41,153 bases of DNA from Okamejei kenojei (taxonomy: Eukaryota): NCBI GenBank assembly GCA_035221665.1, contig CM069132.1, positions 163,082,526-163,123,678 of the forward strand. The letters are read 5' to 3'. Of this stretch, positions 10,420-20,950 are shown one piece after another (position 1 is the stretch's first letter; every line of letters begins with the position of its first letter). A program made the translations under genes and the position numbers. The notes below the pieces were generated by a model. That model was not told where the DNA came from. It ran no database searches and was given only the letters and a program-made list of their open reading frames with translations.

Positions 10420-10532
10420 AGCCCCTGTCCCACGATGCGGTTTCACCCGAGAGCTCTCCCGAGCTAAAAAAACAATCAAACTCGTGGTACCTCGAGTATT
10501 CTTTTTTACTCTTGGAAATTGTTCACACTGTT
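10420..10532. mobile_element. PIF/Harbinger-type MITE, left-end fragment
   Basis: Begins AGCCCCTGTCCCAC after TAA, the same terminus as 19216. The interior (gagctctcccgag..aaaaaa..atcaaactcgtggta) resembles 22571-22730. Confidence 0.7.
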
Positions 10533-10665
10533 GAGTCAGGGGATATGGGGAGAAGGCAGGAACAGGGTACTGATTGGGGATGATCAGCCATGATCACATT
10601 GAATGGCGGTGCTGGCTCGAAGGGCCGAATGGCCTACTCCTGCACCTATTGTCTGTTGTCTATTG
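10533..10665 (+). mobile_element. CR1 3' end with (TTGTCTA)n-type tail
   Basis: gagtcaggggatatggggagaaggcagg...cctgcacctattgtctgttgtctattg. Confidence 0.85.
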
Positions 10666-10668
10666 ACC

Positions 10669-11265
10669 CTAGACTGTGGCCCTCCCACACCGAGCCTTGG
10701 CATTGGCTGCACCGAGCTTCAGTGCGTCCCTCAGCACGTACTCCTGCAGTCTGTAGCGGGCCAGTCGGCAACATTCCCCGACGGACATCTCGCTCTGCTG
10801 GGTGGTGAACAATGCTCGGGCAGACCAAAGAGCGTCTTTCACCGAGTTGATGACCTTCCAGCAGCACTCGATGTCAGTCTCAATGCGTCCCTGGGAACAG
10901 TCCGTAAATCACAGAGTCCTCTGTGACGGAGCTGTTCGGGATAAAGCGTAACAGGGACCCTTGCAGACCTCTCCACACTCTGCAAAGAGGTGGGCAACCA
11001 TCTCCTCTCCATAGCAGCCATCCCGAGGGCAGCGTGCGCTGGCTGTGAGGTTCCGACGGTGCAGGAAGCATCTGACTGTGAGGGCTCCCCTCACCGCCAG
11101 CCAAGCCAGGTCGTGGTGCTTGTTGGTGAGTGGCATTTCACCAGACAAGCTGGGCAGTCTGCTCTGGGAACCACGCCACAGGATCCATGGAGTCATTTCC
11201 CTGCAGTGCCTGCAGGACGTTCTGTGCTGACCACTGCCCGATGGACATGTGGTCAAAGGTGCGGG
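10669..11265 (-). mobile_element. Tx1-clade LINE ORF2 C-terminal fragment
   Basis: LTNKHHDLAWLAVRGAL..ARCPRDGCYGEEMVAHLFAEC (zinc knuckle), SVTEDSVIYGLFPGTH and, in another frame, CCWKVINSVKDALWSAR..LQEYVLRD. Confidence 0.75.
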
Positions 11266-11275
11266 CTGAGAAACT

Positions 11276-11338
11276 GAGACCCTTCTTCAGACTGAAGAAG
11301 AGACCCTCCTTGGGTCTCGACCCGAAACGTCACCCATT
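11276..11338 (+). ncRNA. Minimal type I hammerhead-ribozyme-like motif (rearranged copy)
   Basis: CTGAAGA (11292-11298) ... GGGTC-TC-GACCC hairpin, then GAAAC-GTC (11324-11331). An 11-nt insertion separates the two core halves in this copy. Confidence 0.5.
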
Positions 11339-11574
11339 CTGACTCACTGCTGTTCTGTGTTGAAGATTCCAGGATTGCTTGACTGCTTTTAAATTGTTGG
11401 TTCTTTGCACAAGGTTTCTTGGTTTTGGTGCTGATGTATTACTGTCACGTGCACAGAGATAAAGTGAAAACCTTGGTATATGCGTTACCCTGGCAACTCA
11501 AGCCTTGCATGTGTTTAATTTATAGTCCAGGAAGGAACTGCAGAGGCTGGTTTACACCAAAGATACCAAATAGC

Positions 11575-11785
11575 TCTACTCAATAACCAAAAATGTGTAG
11601 CCTCCTTTTGCTCTGGTATTTTATTTAATTCACATGTTTAATCGATAATGTTTTATTATTAATGTTTAATATTTTATGTGTCATTCCTAACTGTCACTGT
11701 ATGTTATGTTGTCACTTGCCGGCGGAGCACCAAGTCAAATTCCTTGTATGGGAATACTTGGCCAATAAACTTATTCATTCATTCA
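11575..11785 (+). mobile_element. Rex1/Babar-type LINE 3' end
   Basis: aaattccttgtatgggaatacttggccaataaac followed by an (ATTC)n tail. Confidence 0.55.
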
Positions 11786-11789
11786 TCAT

Positions 11790-12965
11790 CTATGTTTCAA
11801 ATGTCGGGCCAGGTTCTTGCGCAGTGGACAGCCTTCTCATTTGCCACCGCTAGATGTTCCAGGCAGCTTTGTTCATCAAGAAGTGGGCATCTTAGTGGGT
11901 GTGGTGGCATGGATTGTACAGATGTTCCACAAAACGACCACCAGGGGCGCCGGGGAGATGGCAGCCCTGCCAGCAGTCAGTTCGTTTTTTCATCTTTTTG
12001 TTATTTTTAGCGTTTGTTAAAAGTTAGTTTTAATGTACTTCGGTTTGTTTTATGTGGGGGGAGGGGGGAGGGGATCGGGGGAAACTTTCTTACCTTCCCG
12101 GAGAGGTGATCAATTTTCGGATCACATTCTCCGGGCTCTGCGGCCTACCATCGCTGGAGCTGGAGGCCTCCTCGGACTGTCGTGAGCCCCACCGCGGGGC
12201 GTAGACTTAACATCGGAGCGGATCCCTTGCCTGGGATCACTCCCACCGCGACCACCACGGAATCAACATCAAGGGCTCGCAGTTGTCGGGAGAGGCTACT
12301 CGGGAAGCCCCAACGCCACAGAAGGTTGGACCAGCCCCGATGCGAGGTTCGATCGCCCGACACGGGGGAGCTGACATCCCCCCTTATGCGGGAGCTGATC
12401 GCCTCTACGCGGAGGGCCCGAACACCGCCGGCTACGGCAGTCAAGACCGTCCCGTCAACGGAGGGCTCGAGGCCCCCGACCGAGGAAGAACAAAAGGAAG
12501 GACTTGAACTTTATTTCGCCTTCCATCACAATGAGGAATGTGGAGGAGTCACTGTGGTGGATGTTCATGTTAAAATGTGTTTTTGAGTGATCCGTTGCTT
12601 TTAATTGTATGACTGACCTGGCCAATGAAATTCCTCGTATGTTGCAAAACATACTTGGCGAATAAAGTGTGATTCTGATTCTGATTCTGTCTGCATTTGC
12701 TCACATCGGCCCATCCCACCTATTGAGGGATTTCCAGGTCATCCAGTTACACGTGTCACCAGGTGGTGGCTGCTCCTTGGTTGGGATCGGCATCTTCACG
12801 TGGTGGTGCTTTTCACTGCCGTTTCTTTCCTCCACAAGGCTCGTCTGGTTGCTTGAGGAGACGGTGACAGTGGCTGGACTGGGTGGAGGAAGCTCTTCCT
12901 CCACTTCAGCCATTTTGGGGCTGGGTGATGGGATCGGCAGGATTGGCCGGTGTCCCCAACTTGCC
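11790..12965 (-). mobile_element. Vingi-like (Ingi/I group) LINE C-terminal fragment, split by an insertion at about 11945-12688
   Basis: The minus strand gives WLKWRKSFL and EQPPPG..WMTWKSLNR, then on the other side of the insertion CGTSVQSM..LRCPLLDEQSCLEHLAVANEKAVHCARTWPDI*. Confidence 0.6.
11945..12688 (+). mobile_element. Non-autonomous retroelement with GC-rich body and Rex1-type tail
   Basis: Ends aaattcctcgtatgttgcaaaacatacttggcgaataaag plus (TGATTC)n. No recognisable protein motifs. Related 3' parts occur at 20130-20395 and 39860-40260. Confidence 0.6.
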
Positions 12966-13032
12966 CGCTACGTTCAGTTCTACCGGTATCTGTCTAAGTT
13001 TACTATCTACTATCTAAATTTACTATCTAAAT

Positions 13033-16000
13033 AGCGTCAAGTTGGGAAAAAGGGAAGTACAACGGGATCTGGGGGTCCTTGTACATCAGTCTATGAAAGT
13101 AAGCATGCAGGTACAGCAGGCAGTGAAGATAGCGAATGGCATGTTGGCATTTACAACAAGAGGAGTCAAGTATAGGAGCAAATAGGTCCTCCATTTGTAC
13201 AGAGCCCCAGTGAGACCATACCTGGAGTATTGTGTGCAGTTTTGGTCCCCTAATTTGAGGAATGATATTCTTGCTATTGAGGGAGTGCAGCGTTGGTTTA
13301 CAAGGTTAATTCCCGGGATGGCGGGACTGTCATATGCTGAGAGAATTCAGCAGCTGGGCTTGTACACTCTGGAGTTTAGAAGGATGAGAGGGGATCTCAT
13401 TGAAACATATAAGATTGTTAAGGGCTTGGAAACGCTAGAGGCAGGAAACATGTTACCATATAACCATATAACCATATAACAATTACAGCACGGAAACAGG
13501 CCCTCTCGGCCCTTCCAGTCCGTGCCGACCATTTGTTTTCCCCTAGTCCCATCTACCTGCACTCAGACCATACCCCTCCATTCCCTTCACGTCCATATAC
13601 CTATCCACTTTACTTTTAAATGTTAAAATCGATCCTGCCTCCACCACTTCTGCTGGAAGCTCATTCCACACAGACACCAACCTCTGAGTAAAGAAGTTCC
13701 CCCTCACGTTACCCCTAAACTTCTGTCCCTTAATTCTCATGTCATGCCCTCTTGTTTGAATCTTCCCTACCCTCAATGGGAAAAACTTATCCACGTCAAC
13801 TCTGTCTATCCCTTTCATCATTTTAAAGACCTCAATCAAGTCCCCCCTTAACCTTCTGCGCTCCAAAGAATAAAGACCTAACTTGTTCAACCTTTCTCTG
13901 TAACATAGTTGCTGGAACCCTGGCAACATTCTAGTAAATCTCCTCTGTACTCTCTCTATTTTGTTGACATCCTTCCTATAATTAGGCGACCAAAATTGTA
14001 CACCATACTCCAGAATTGGTCTTACCAATGCCTTGTACAATTTTAACATTACTTCCCTACTCCTATATTCAATGCTCTGATTTATAAAGGCCAGCACACC
14101 AAAGGCTTTCTTTATCACCTATCTACATGCGATTCCACCTTCAGGGAACTATGCACAGTTATTCCTAGATCTCTCTGTTCCACAGCATTCCTCAATTCCC
14201 TACCATTTACCATGTACGTTCCTATTTTTTATTTGTCCTGCCAAGATGTAGCACTTCACACTTATCAGCATTAAACTCCATCTGCCATCTTTCAGCCCAC
14301 TTTTCCAAATGGCCCAAATCTCTCTGTAGACTTTGAAAATCTACTTCATTATCCACAACACCACCTATCTTAGTATCATCTGCATACTTACTTATCCAAT
14401 TTTCCACCCCATCATCCAGATCATTGATGTACATGACAAACAACAGTGGACCCAACACAGATCCCTGAGGCACCCCACTGGTCACCGGCTTCCAACCTGA
14501 CAAACAGCCATCCACCATTACTCTCTGACATCTCCCATTCAGCCACTGTTGAATCCATCTTGCTACTCCACCATTAACACCCAAAGATTGAACCTTCTTA
14601 ATCAACCTTCTATGGGGAACCTTGTCAAAGGCCTTACTGAAATCCATATAGACAACATCCACTGCTTTACCCTCATCAATTTCCCTAGTTACCGCTTCAA
14701 AAAATTCAAGAAGGTTTGTCAAACATGACCTTCCAGGCACAAATCCATGTTGACTGTTCCTGATCAGACCCTGTTTATCCAGATGCCTTATATATATTAT
14801 CTCTAAGTATCCTTTCCATTAATTTGCCCACCACTGACGTCAAACTAATAGGTCTATAATTGCTAGGTTTATTCTTTGAACCCTTTTTAAACAATGGAAC
14901 AACATGCGCAGTACGCCAATCCTCCGGCACTATTCCCGTTTCTAATGACATTTGAAATATTTCTGTCATAGCTCCTGCTATTTCTACACTAACTTCCCTC
15001 AATGTCCTAGGGAATATCCTGTCAGGACCTGGAGACTTATCCACTTTTATATTTTTCAAAAGTGTCAGTACTTCCTCCTCTTTGAATCTCATAGTTTCCA
15101 TAGCTACTCTACTTTTTTCCCTTACCTCACAGAGTTCAATATCCTTCTCCTTGGTGAATACCGAAGAAAAAAATTGTTCAATATCTCCCCCATCTCTTTT
15201 GGCTCTGCATATAGCTGTCCATTCTGGCTCTCTAATGGTCCAATCTTATCCCTCGTTATCCTTTCGCTATTAATATAGCTCTAGAAACCCTTTGGATTTA
15301 CTTTCACCTTTCTTGCCAAAGCAACCTCATATCTTCTTTTAGCCTTCCTAATTTCTTTCTTAAGATTCTTTTTACATTCTTTATACTCCTCTAGCACCTC
15401 ATTTACTCCATGCCTCCTATAATTATTGTAGATATCTCTCTTTTTTTCGAAACAAGTGTCCAATTTCCCTTGAAAACCATGGCTCTTTCCAATTTTTACT
15501 ATTTCCTTTCAACCTAACAGGGACATAAAGATTCTGTTACTCTTACAATTTCCCCTTTAAATGTCCTCCATTTCTCTTCTACATCGTTCCCATAAAACAA
15601 AGTGTCCCAATTCACTCCTTTTAAAATCCTTACGCATTCCCTCAAAGTTAGCCTTTCTCCAATCAAAAATCTCCACCCTAGGTCCAGTTCTGACTCTCTC
15701 CATAATTATATTGAAACTAATGGTATTGTGATCACTGGTCCCGAAGTGCTCACCAACGCATACCTCCGTCACCTGACCTGCCTCATTTCCTAACAGGAGG
15801 TCCAGCACTGCCCCTTCTCTGGTCGATACCTCTATGTACTGCTGCAAAAAACTATCCTGCACACATTTTACAAACTCCAAACCATCCAGCCCATTTACTG
15901 AATGTGTTTCCCAGTCTATTTTTGGAAAATTGAAATCTCCCACAATCACTACCTTGTGCGTACTACTAATATCTGCTATCTCCTTAAATATTTGCTCTTC

Positions 16001-16407
16001 CAATTCTCGCTCCCCATTTGGCAGTCTATAATACACCCCTAAAAGTGTTGCTACACCATTCCCACTTCTCAGTTCCCGATGTTGGGGGAGTCCAGAACCA
16101 GGGGCCACAGTTTAAGAATAAGGAGTAAGCCATTTAGAACGGATACGAGGAAATACTTTTTCTCACAGAGAGTGGTGAGTCTGTGGAATTCTCTGCCTCA
16201 GAGGGCGGTGGAGGCCGGTTCTCTGGATGCTTTCAAGAGAGAGCTAGATAGAGCTCTTAAGGATAGCGGAGTCAGGGGATATGGGGAGAAGGCAGGAATG
16301 GGGTACTGATTGGGGATGATCAGCCTGATCTCATTGAATGGCGGTGCTGGCTTGAATGGCCGAATGGCCTACTCCTGCACCTATTGTCTATTGACTATTG
16401 TCTATAG
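13033..16407 (+). mobile_element. CR1 fragment in two pieces (13033-13454 and 16072-16407), interrupted by another CR1
   Basis: ...GCAGGAAACATGTT | (GTT)CCCGATGTTGGGGGAGTCC rejoins to AGNMFPMLGESRTRGH. Confidence 0.9.
13455..16071 (-). mobile_element. CR1 subfamily B copy (partial APE endonuclease and RT), (TTATATGG)n tail
   Basis: ORFs 15557..16108 (IVGDFNFP, SDHN), 14775..15101, 14222..14740 (QGSVLGP, YADD) and 13543..14118. Confidence 0.95.
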
Positions 16408-16884
16408 ACATAATAACAAACAAAAAAAAGCACAAACACGCTCGCGGCGCCAACCGGTGACTGGAAGTGTTACTGTGCGGGGATCGCTGTTGGATGCCGG
16501 ACTCCAGTGGGCCGAAGGGCCTGTATCTCTAAACTATACTGAAACTAAATGAATCTGAACAAAATGGCAGGTTGGTTCACTCAGACCTGATGGAGCTCTG
16601 AGTAAGGAGAGGAATTCAGCTGAGGAAACAGAACAGGATGGCAGGAAGTTGTCTGGCTTGCTGCCATTCAAGGTCAGTAGGCCTGAGACAACACTGTTGA
16701 CGTTTGAGGTCTGCTCCCATTGGAAGCTCCGCCTCCTGGTCGACAAAACGGGTTTATTCAAGCGGCACAACTTTAGACAGGAAACAGCTGGGCTTTTTTA
16801 ATGAAGCTTCAAAAAAACAGCGAACCAGACAACATTTGGGGGGGAGACACAAGGAACAGCAGATGCTGGAATCCTGAGCGCATG

Positions 16885-17965
16885 TTCATATGTTAAGGAG
16901 CAGAATTAGGCCCATCGAGTTTACTCCGCCATTCAATCATGGCTGATCTATCTCTCCCTCCTAACCCCATTTTCCTGCCTTCTCCCTGTAACCTCTGATA
17001 CCCGTACAAACCAAGAGTCTGCGAATGTCCGTTATAAAAAATACCCTTTGACTTGGCCTCCACTGCCGTCTGTGGCAACGAATTCCACAGATTCACCACC
17101 CTCTGACCAAAACATTTCACCACCCTCTGACCTCCCTAATTTGAAGAAGGACATTCTTGCTATAGAGCGAGTGCAGCGTAGGTTTACAAGGTTAGTTCCC
17201 GGGACGGTGGGACTGTCATATGCTGAGAGAATGGAGCAGCTGGGCTTGTACACTCTGGAGTTTAGATTGATGAGAGGGAATCTCATTGAAACATATAATA
17301 ATCTTAATCTTAAGGGTTTCGACACTAGAGGCAGGAAACATGTTCCTGGTGTTGGGGGGAACATAGAAAATAGGTGCAGGAGGAGGCCATTCGGCCCTTC
17401 GAGCCAGCACCAGAGTCCAGAACCTGGGGCCACAGTATAAGAATAAGGGTAAAGCCATTTAGAACGAAGATGAGGAAACACTTTTTCTCACAGAGAGTTG
17501 TGAGTCTGTGGAATTCTCTGCCTCAGAGGGCGGTGTAGGCAGGTTCTCTGGATACTTTCAAGAGAGAGCTGGATAGGGCTCTTAAAGATAGCAGAGTCAG
17601 GGGATATGGGGAGAAGGCAGGAACGGGGTACTGATTGGGGATGATCAGCCATGATCACATTAAATAGCGGTGCTGGCTCGAAGGGCCGAATGGCCTACAC
17701 CTGCACCTATTGTCTATTGTCTATTGTACATCCTTAAATTCTGAGGCTGTGTCCTCTGGTCCTAGACTCTCCACATCCGCTGTATCCAAGCCTTTCACTA
17801 TTCAATAAGTTTCAATCAAGGTCCCCCCTCATCCTTCTAAACTCCAGCGAGTACAGGCCCAGTGCTGTCAAACAATCTATCTTTCCTTCTCAACGCTATT
17901 CTTCTGCCTTCTCCCCTACAACCCCTGACACCCGCACTGTGAATCTCCGCCTTAAAAATATTCAC
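16885..17965. mobile_element. Cluster of CR1 3' fragments: - (16885-17130), + (17132-17726), - (17727-17965)
   Basis: ORFs 16893..17123 and 17048..17440, plus CR1 3'UTRs and tails. Confidence 0.85.
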
Positions 17966-17972
17966 CTTCAAT

Positions 17973-18065
17973 ACAGCACAAAGTGCTGGAGGAAATCAGA
18001 AGGTCAGGCAGCATCTATGGAGGGAATGGACAGGTGATGTTTCAGGCGGGACCCTTCTTCAGACC
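17973..18065 (-). mobile_element. Penelope-like repeat with a degenerate hammerhead core
   Basis: The minus strand at about 18033-18065 reads GGT-CTGAAGA-AGGGTCCCGCCT-GAAACATC-ACC. Confidence 0.6.
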
Positions 18066-18207
18066 GATGGAGTAAGGGGGAGAATGGATGACTCAAACAA
18101 TGGAATTTGTCATTTTATCAAGGATTTGCCGTGGGAGGGAATGTATTACTGTCTGAAGTGTTAAATACTCTCTAATATTGTTACTGTCGGAACAAGGATC
18201 CCGACCA

Positions 18208-18405
18208 GAAACGTCACCTATCCATGTTTTCCACAGATGCTGCCTGACCCGCTGAGTTACTCCAGCACTCTGTGAAACGTCACCTATCCACGTTCTCCAC
18301 AGATGCTGCCTGACCCGCTGAGTTACTCCAGCACTCTGTGAAACGTCACCTATCCATGTTCTCCACAGATGCTGCCTGACCCGCTGAGTTACTCCAGCAC
18401 TCTGT
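18208..18405 (+). repeat. 3 x 66-bp tandem repeat derived from the Penelope-like repeat
   Basis: Units begin GAAACGTCACC at 18208, 18274 and 18340. Confidence 0.93.
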
Positions 18406-18577
18406 GACTATCTTTATTACCATCATCTGCAATTCATTTTGATTACATTACTGCTCTGTTCTCTTGGAGTTGTGGAGTAGTTTTCCCCGGAGTTGGTCAA
18501 CTGGAGGTGAGGTACAACATTCCCTGCCTTTGCTGATATCAGGGCGGGAACGCCATTGCAGATTGGCGTAAAATCTG

Positions 18578-19146
18578 GGAACATTTGGAATATTGTGAGC
18601 AATTTTGGGCCCCATATTGGAGGAAGGATGTGCCGGCTCTGGAGAGGGTCCAGAGGAGGTTTACAAGAATGATCCCAGGAATGAGTGGGTTAACATATGA
18701 TGAGCGTTTGTCGGCACTGGGCCTGTACTCGCTGGAGTTTAGAAGGATGAGGGGGAACCTCATTGAAACTTACAGAATAGTGAAAGGCCTGGATAGAGTG
18801 GATGTGGATGTGGAGTGGATGTTTCCACTAGTGGGAGAGTGTAGGACCAGAGGTCACAGCCTCAGAATTAAAGGACGTTCCTTTAGAAAGATGAGGAAGT
18901 TCTTTAGTCAGAGGGTGGTGTATCTGTGGAATTCTTTGCCACAGATGGCTGTGGAGGCCAAGTCAGTGGATATTTTTAAGGCACAGATAGATAGATTCTT
19001 GATTAGTACGGGTGTCAGAGGTTATGGGGAGAAGGCAGGAGAATGGGGTTGGGAGGGAGACATAGATCAGCCATGATTGAATGGCGGAGTAGACTCGATG
19101 GCTGAATGGCCTCATTCTCCACCTGTCACTCATGAACTTATGAACT
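18578..19146 (+). mobile_element. CR1 3' fragment (different subfamily)
   Basis: ORF 18585..19076 (EYCEQFWAPYWRKDVPALERVQRRFTRM). Confidence 0.9.
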
Positions 19147-19215
19147 AATGGAACGCTGGCAATACCTGGTAACTCAGGCAGTATCCACGGAAACAGACAC
19201 AAGGTGCTGGAGTAA

Positions 19216-19911
19216 AGCCCCTGTCCCACTTAGGAAACCTGAACGGAAACCTCTGGAGACCTTGCGCCCCACCCAAGGTTTCCGTGAGGTTCCCGGAGGT
19301 TTTTGTCACTCTCCCTAATGGTCAAAAGTGGTTTCCGTGTAGTCGAGGCTTCTTCTATGTTCCTGCGATTATTTCAACAAATTCAAAACCGGCCTCGACT
19401 AAAAATAGGTTACCGTTTGGTCGAAGCCAGTGGAGTGGGGTCGCTATTTACTTACAGGCTGTCGAAGGCAATCTCCTTCGTTGACCGGCCATTTTGATTG
19501 GCTCATTGGAGTTTTCAGCAAAGATCCTATAGGATCATTGGTTTTCAGGACCTAGAAGATCCGCTGGAAGGTAAAATGCCCGCTAACTTTATTAAACATC
19601 TTAAAACTGTCTCCACTCCTTCTCCCACTTTCTCTCCCCTTCTCTCTCCTTCTCTCTCCCTTCTCTCTCCCCTTCTCTCCCTTTCTCTCCCCCCCCTTCT
19701 CTTCCCCTTCTCTCTCCCCTTCTCACTATGGAGGGGAATGGTCCGTGGGGACTCAAATGGTCCCGGACTGGAAGGGTCGAGAGGGCCTGTTTCTCCCTGC
19801 CCCCCCCCCCACGCTCACTAAATGGCATACCGTGCTCTGTGGCAGCCGTTTACCTTCCTCTTCATCGCGCAGACAGCGCTCCTCCGCTGTCCCTGGCCCC
19901 CACCTTCGCGA

Positions 19912-19953
<42 letters not shown>

Positions 19954-20119
19954 GTCGGTAGCAACGATCCTGTAGGATCTTTGGTCAGTAGATGCAGCTC
20001 ACGCTCGGTCGAGGCTTTCCGGGAGAATGTCCAAAACCTCTGGCGACTCATGGAAACCTTGGGTGGGGCGCAAGGTCACCAGAGGTTTCCGTTCAGGTTT
20101 CCTAAGTGGGACGGGGGCT
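19216..20119. mobile_element. Complete PIF/Harbinger-type MITE, 904 bp
   Basis: About 73-bp terminal inverted repeats (AGCCCCTGTCCCACTTAGGAAACCTGAACGG...) with about 3 mismatches. TAA TSD at 19213-19215 and 20120-20122. Internal CT-rich tract, a short CR1-B-like 3' fragment and (GT)n. Confidence 0.9.
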
Positions 20120-20129
20120 TAACTCTGCA

Positions 20130-20395
20130 CCGGGAAGGCCTGTACATCGGGCCGTCCGTAGCGGCGACTGCGGAGGTTCTTGGCGCCGACCACGGGTGAA
20201 CAATGGAGGAGGACTGACTGAACTTTGTCCCCTTCCACCCCAGTGAAGAATGCGGTGGTGGATGCTTGTGTTAATTTTATTGTATATTGTGTGTTCTTTT
20301 TTGATTGCACCGCTGCTGGCAAATACATTCCACTGCACTTATATGTGTATGTGAGGAATAAAGCTGATTGATCGATTGATTGATCGATTGATTGA
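20130..20395 (+). mobile_element. 3' part of a non-autonomous retroelement with (GATT)n tail
   Basis: Similar to 12480-12690, and to 39860-40025 in reverse. Confidence 0.55.
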
Positions 20396-20504
20396 GTAAC
20401 AGCACTTGCATTAGTTTAGTTTAGCACCCATAGATGGGATAGAACCCGGGCATCTGGCGCTTTAAGGCTGCAACTTTACTGCTTCCACCCAAGTCGTGCA
20501 TGAA

Positions 20505-20945
20505 TTCAGTTGAGTTCAGTTTATTGTCACGTGTACCGAGGTGCAGTGAAAAGCTTCTGTTGCGTGCTGACCAGTCAGCGGAAAGACTATACATGGTTAC
20601 AATTGAACCGTCCGCAGTGTACAGATACATGACAAAGGGAATCACGTTAGGTGCATGGTAAAGCCCAGTAAAGTCCGATTAATTATAGCTCGAAGGCCTC
20701 CAATGAGGAAGATGGGAGGTCAGGACCGCTCTCTAATTGGTGGTAGGACAGTTGAGTTGCCTGATAACAACTGGGAAGAAACTGTCCCTGAATGTGGAGA
20801 CGCGCTAACCAGTGAGCGGAAAGACAATACATGATTACAATCGAGCCATTCACAGTGTACAGATACATGGAGTGGCCAGGGTGAGACTGGTCCGCGATTA
20901 TGGTGCGGGCCATGCCGAGGCAGCGTGAGGTGTGGATGGACACCT
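20505..20945 (-). mobile_element. Rex1/Babar-type LINE 3' fragments
   Basis: gtttattgtcacgtgtaccgaggtgcagtgaaaagc is the reverse of a Rex-type 3'UTR. The minus strand also gives HTSRCLGMARTIIADQSHPGHS. Confidence 0.6.
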
Positions 20946-20950
20946 TTTAT

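Larger units (their letters stand above)
10361..11339 (-). mobile_element. Penelope-like (pLTR-derived) insertion with 14-bp TSD, interior replaced by other TEs
   Basis: TGACTCACTGCTGT at 10347-10360 and 11340-11353. The two ends match the repeat seen at 17973-18440, 27057-27138 and 39470-39558, and there is an inverted terminal segment at 11292-11339. Confidence 0.65.

Noticed and set aside
12145-12586. GC-rich overlapping ORFs or a CpG-island gene
   Set aside because: They lie inside a tailed non-autonomous element with relatives elsewhere in the window; no protein motif.
18208-18405. CRISPR-like array
   Set aside because: The units are contiguous 66-bp tandem copies with no unique spacers, in a vertebrate context with no cas genes.
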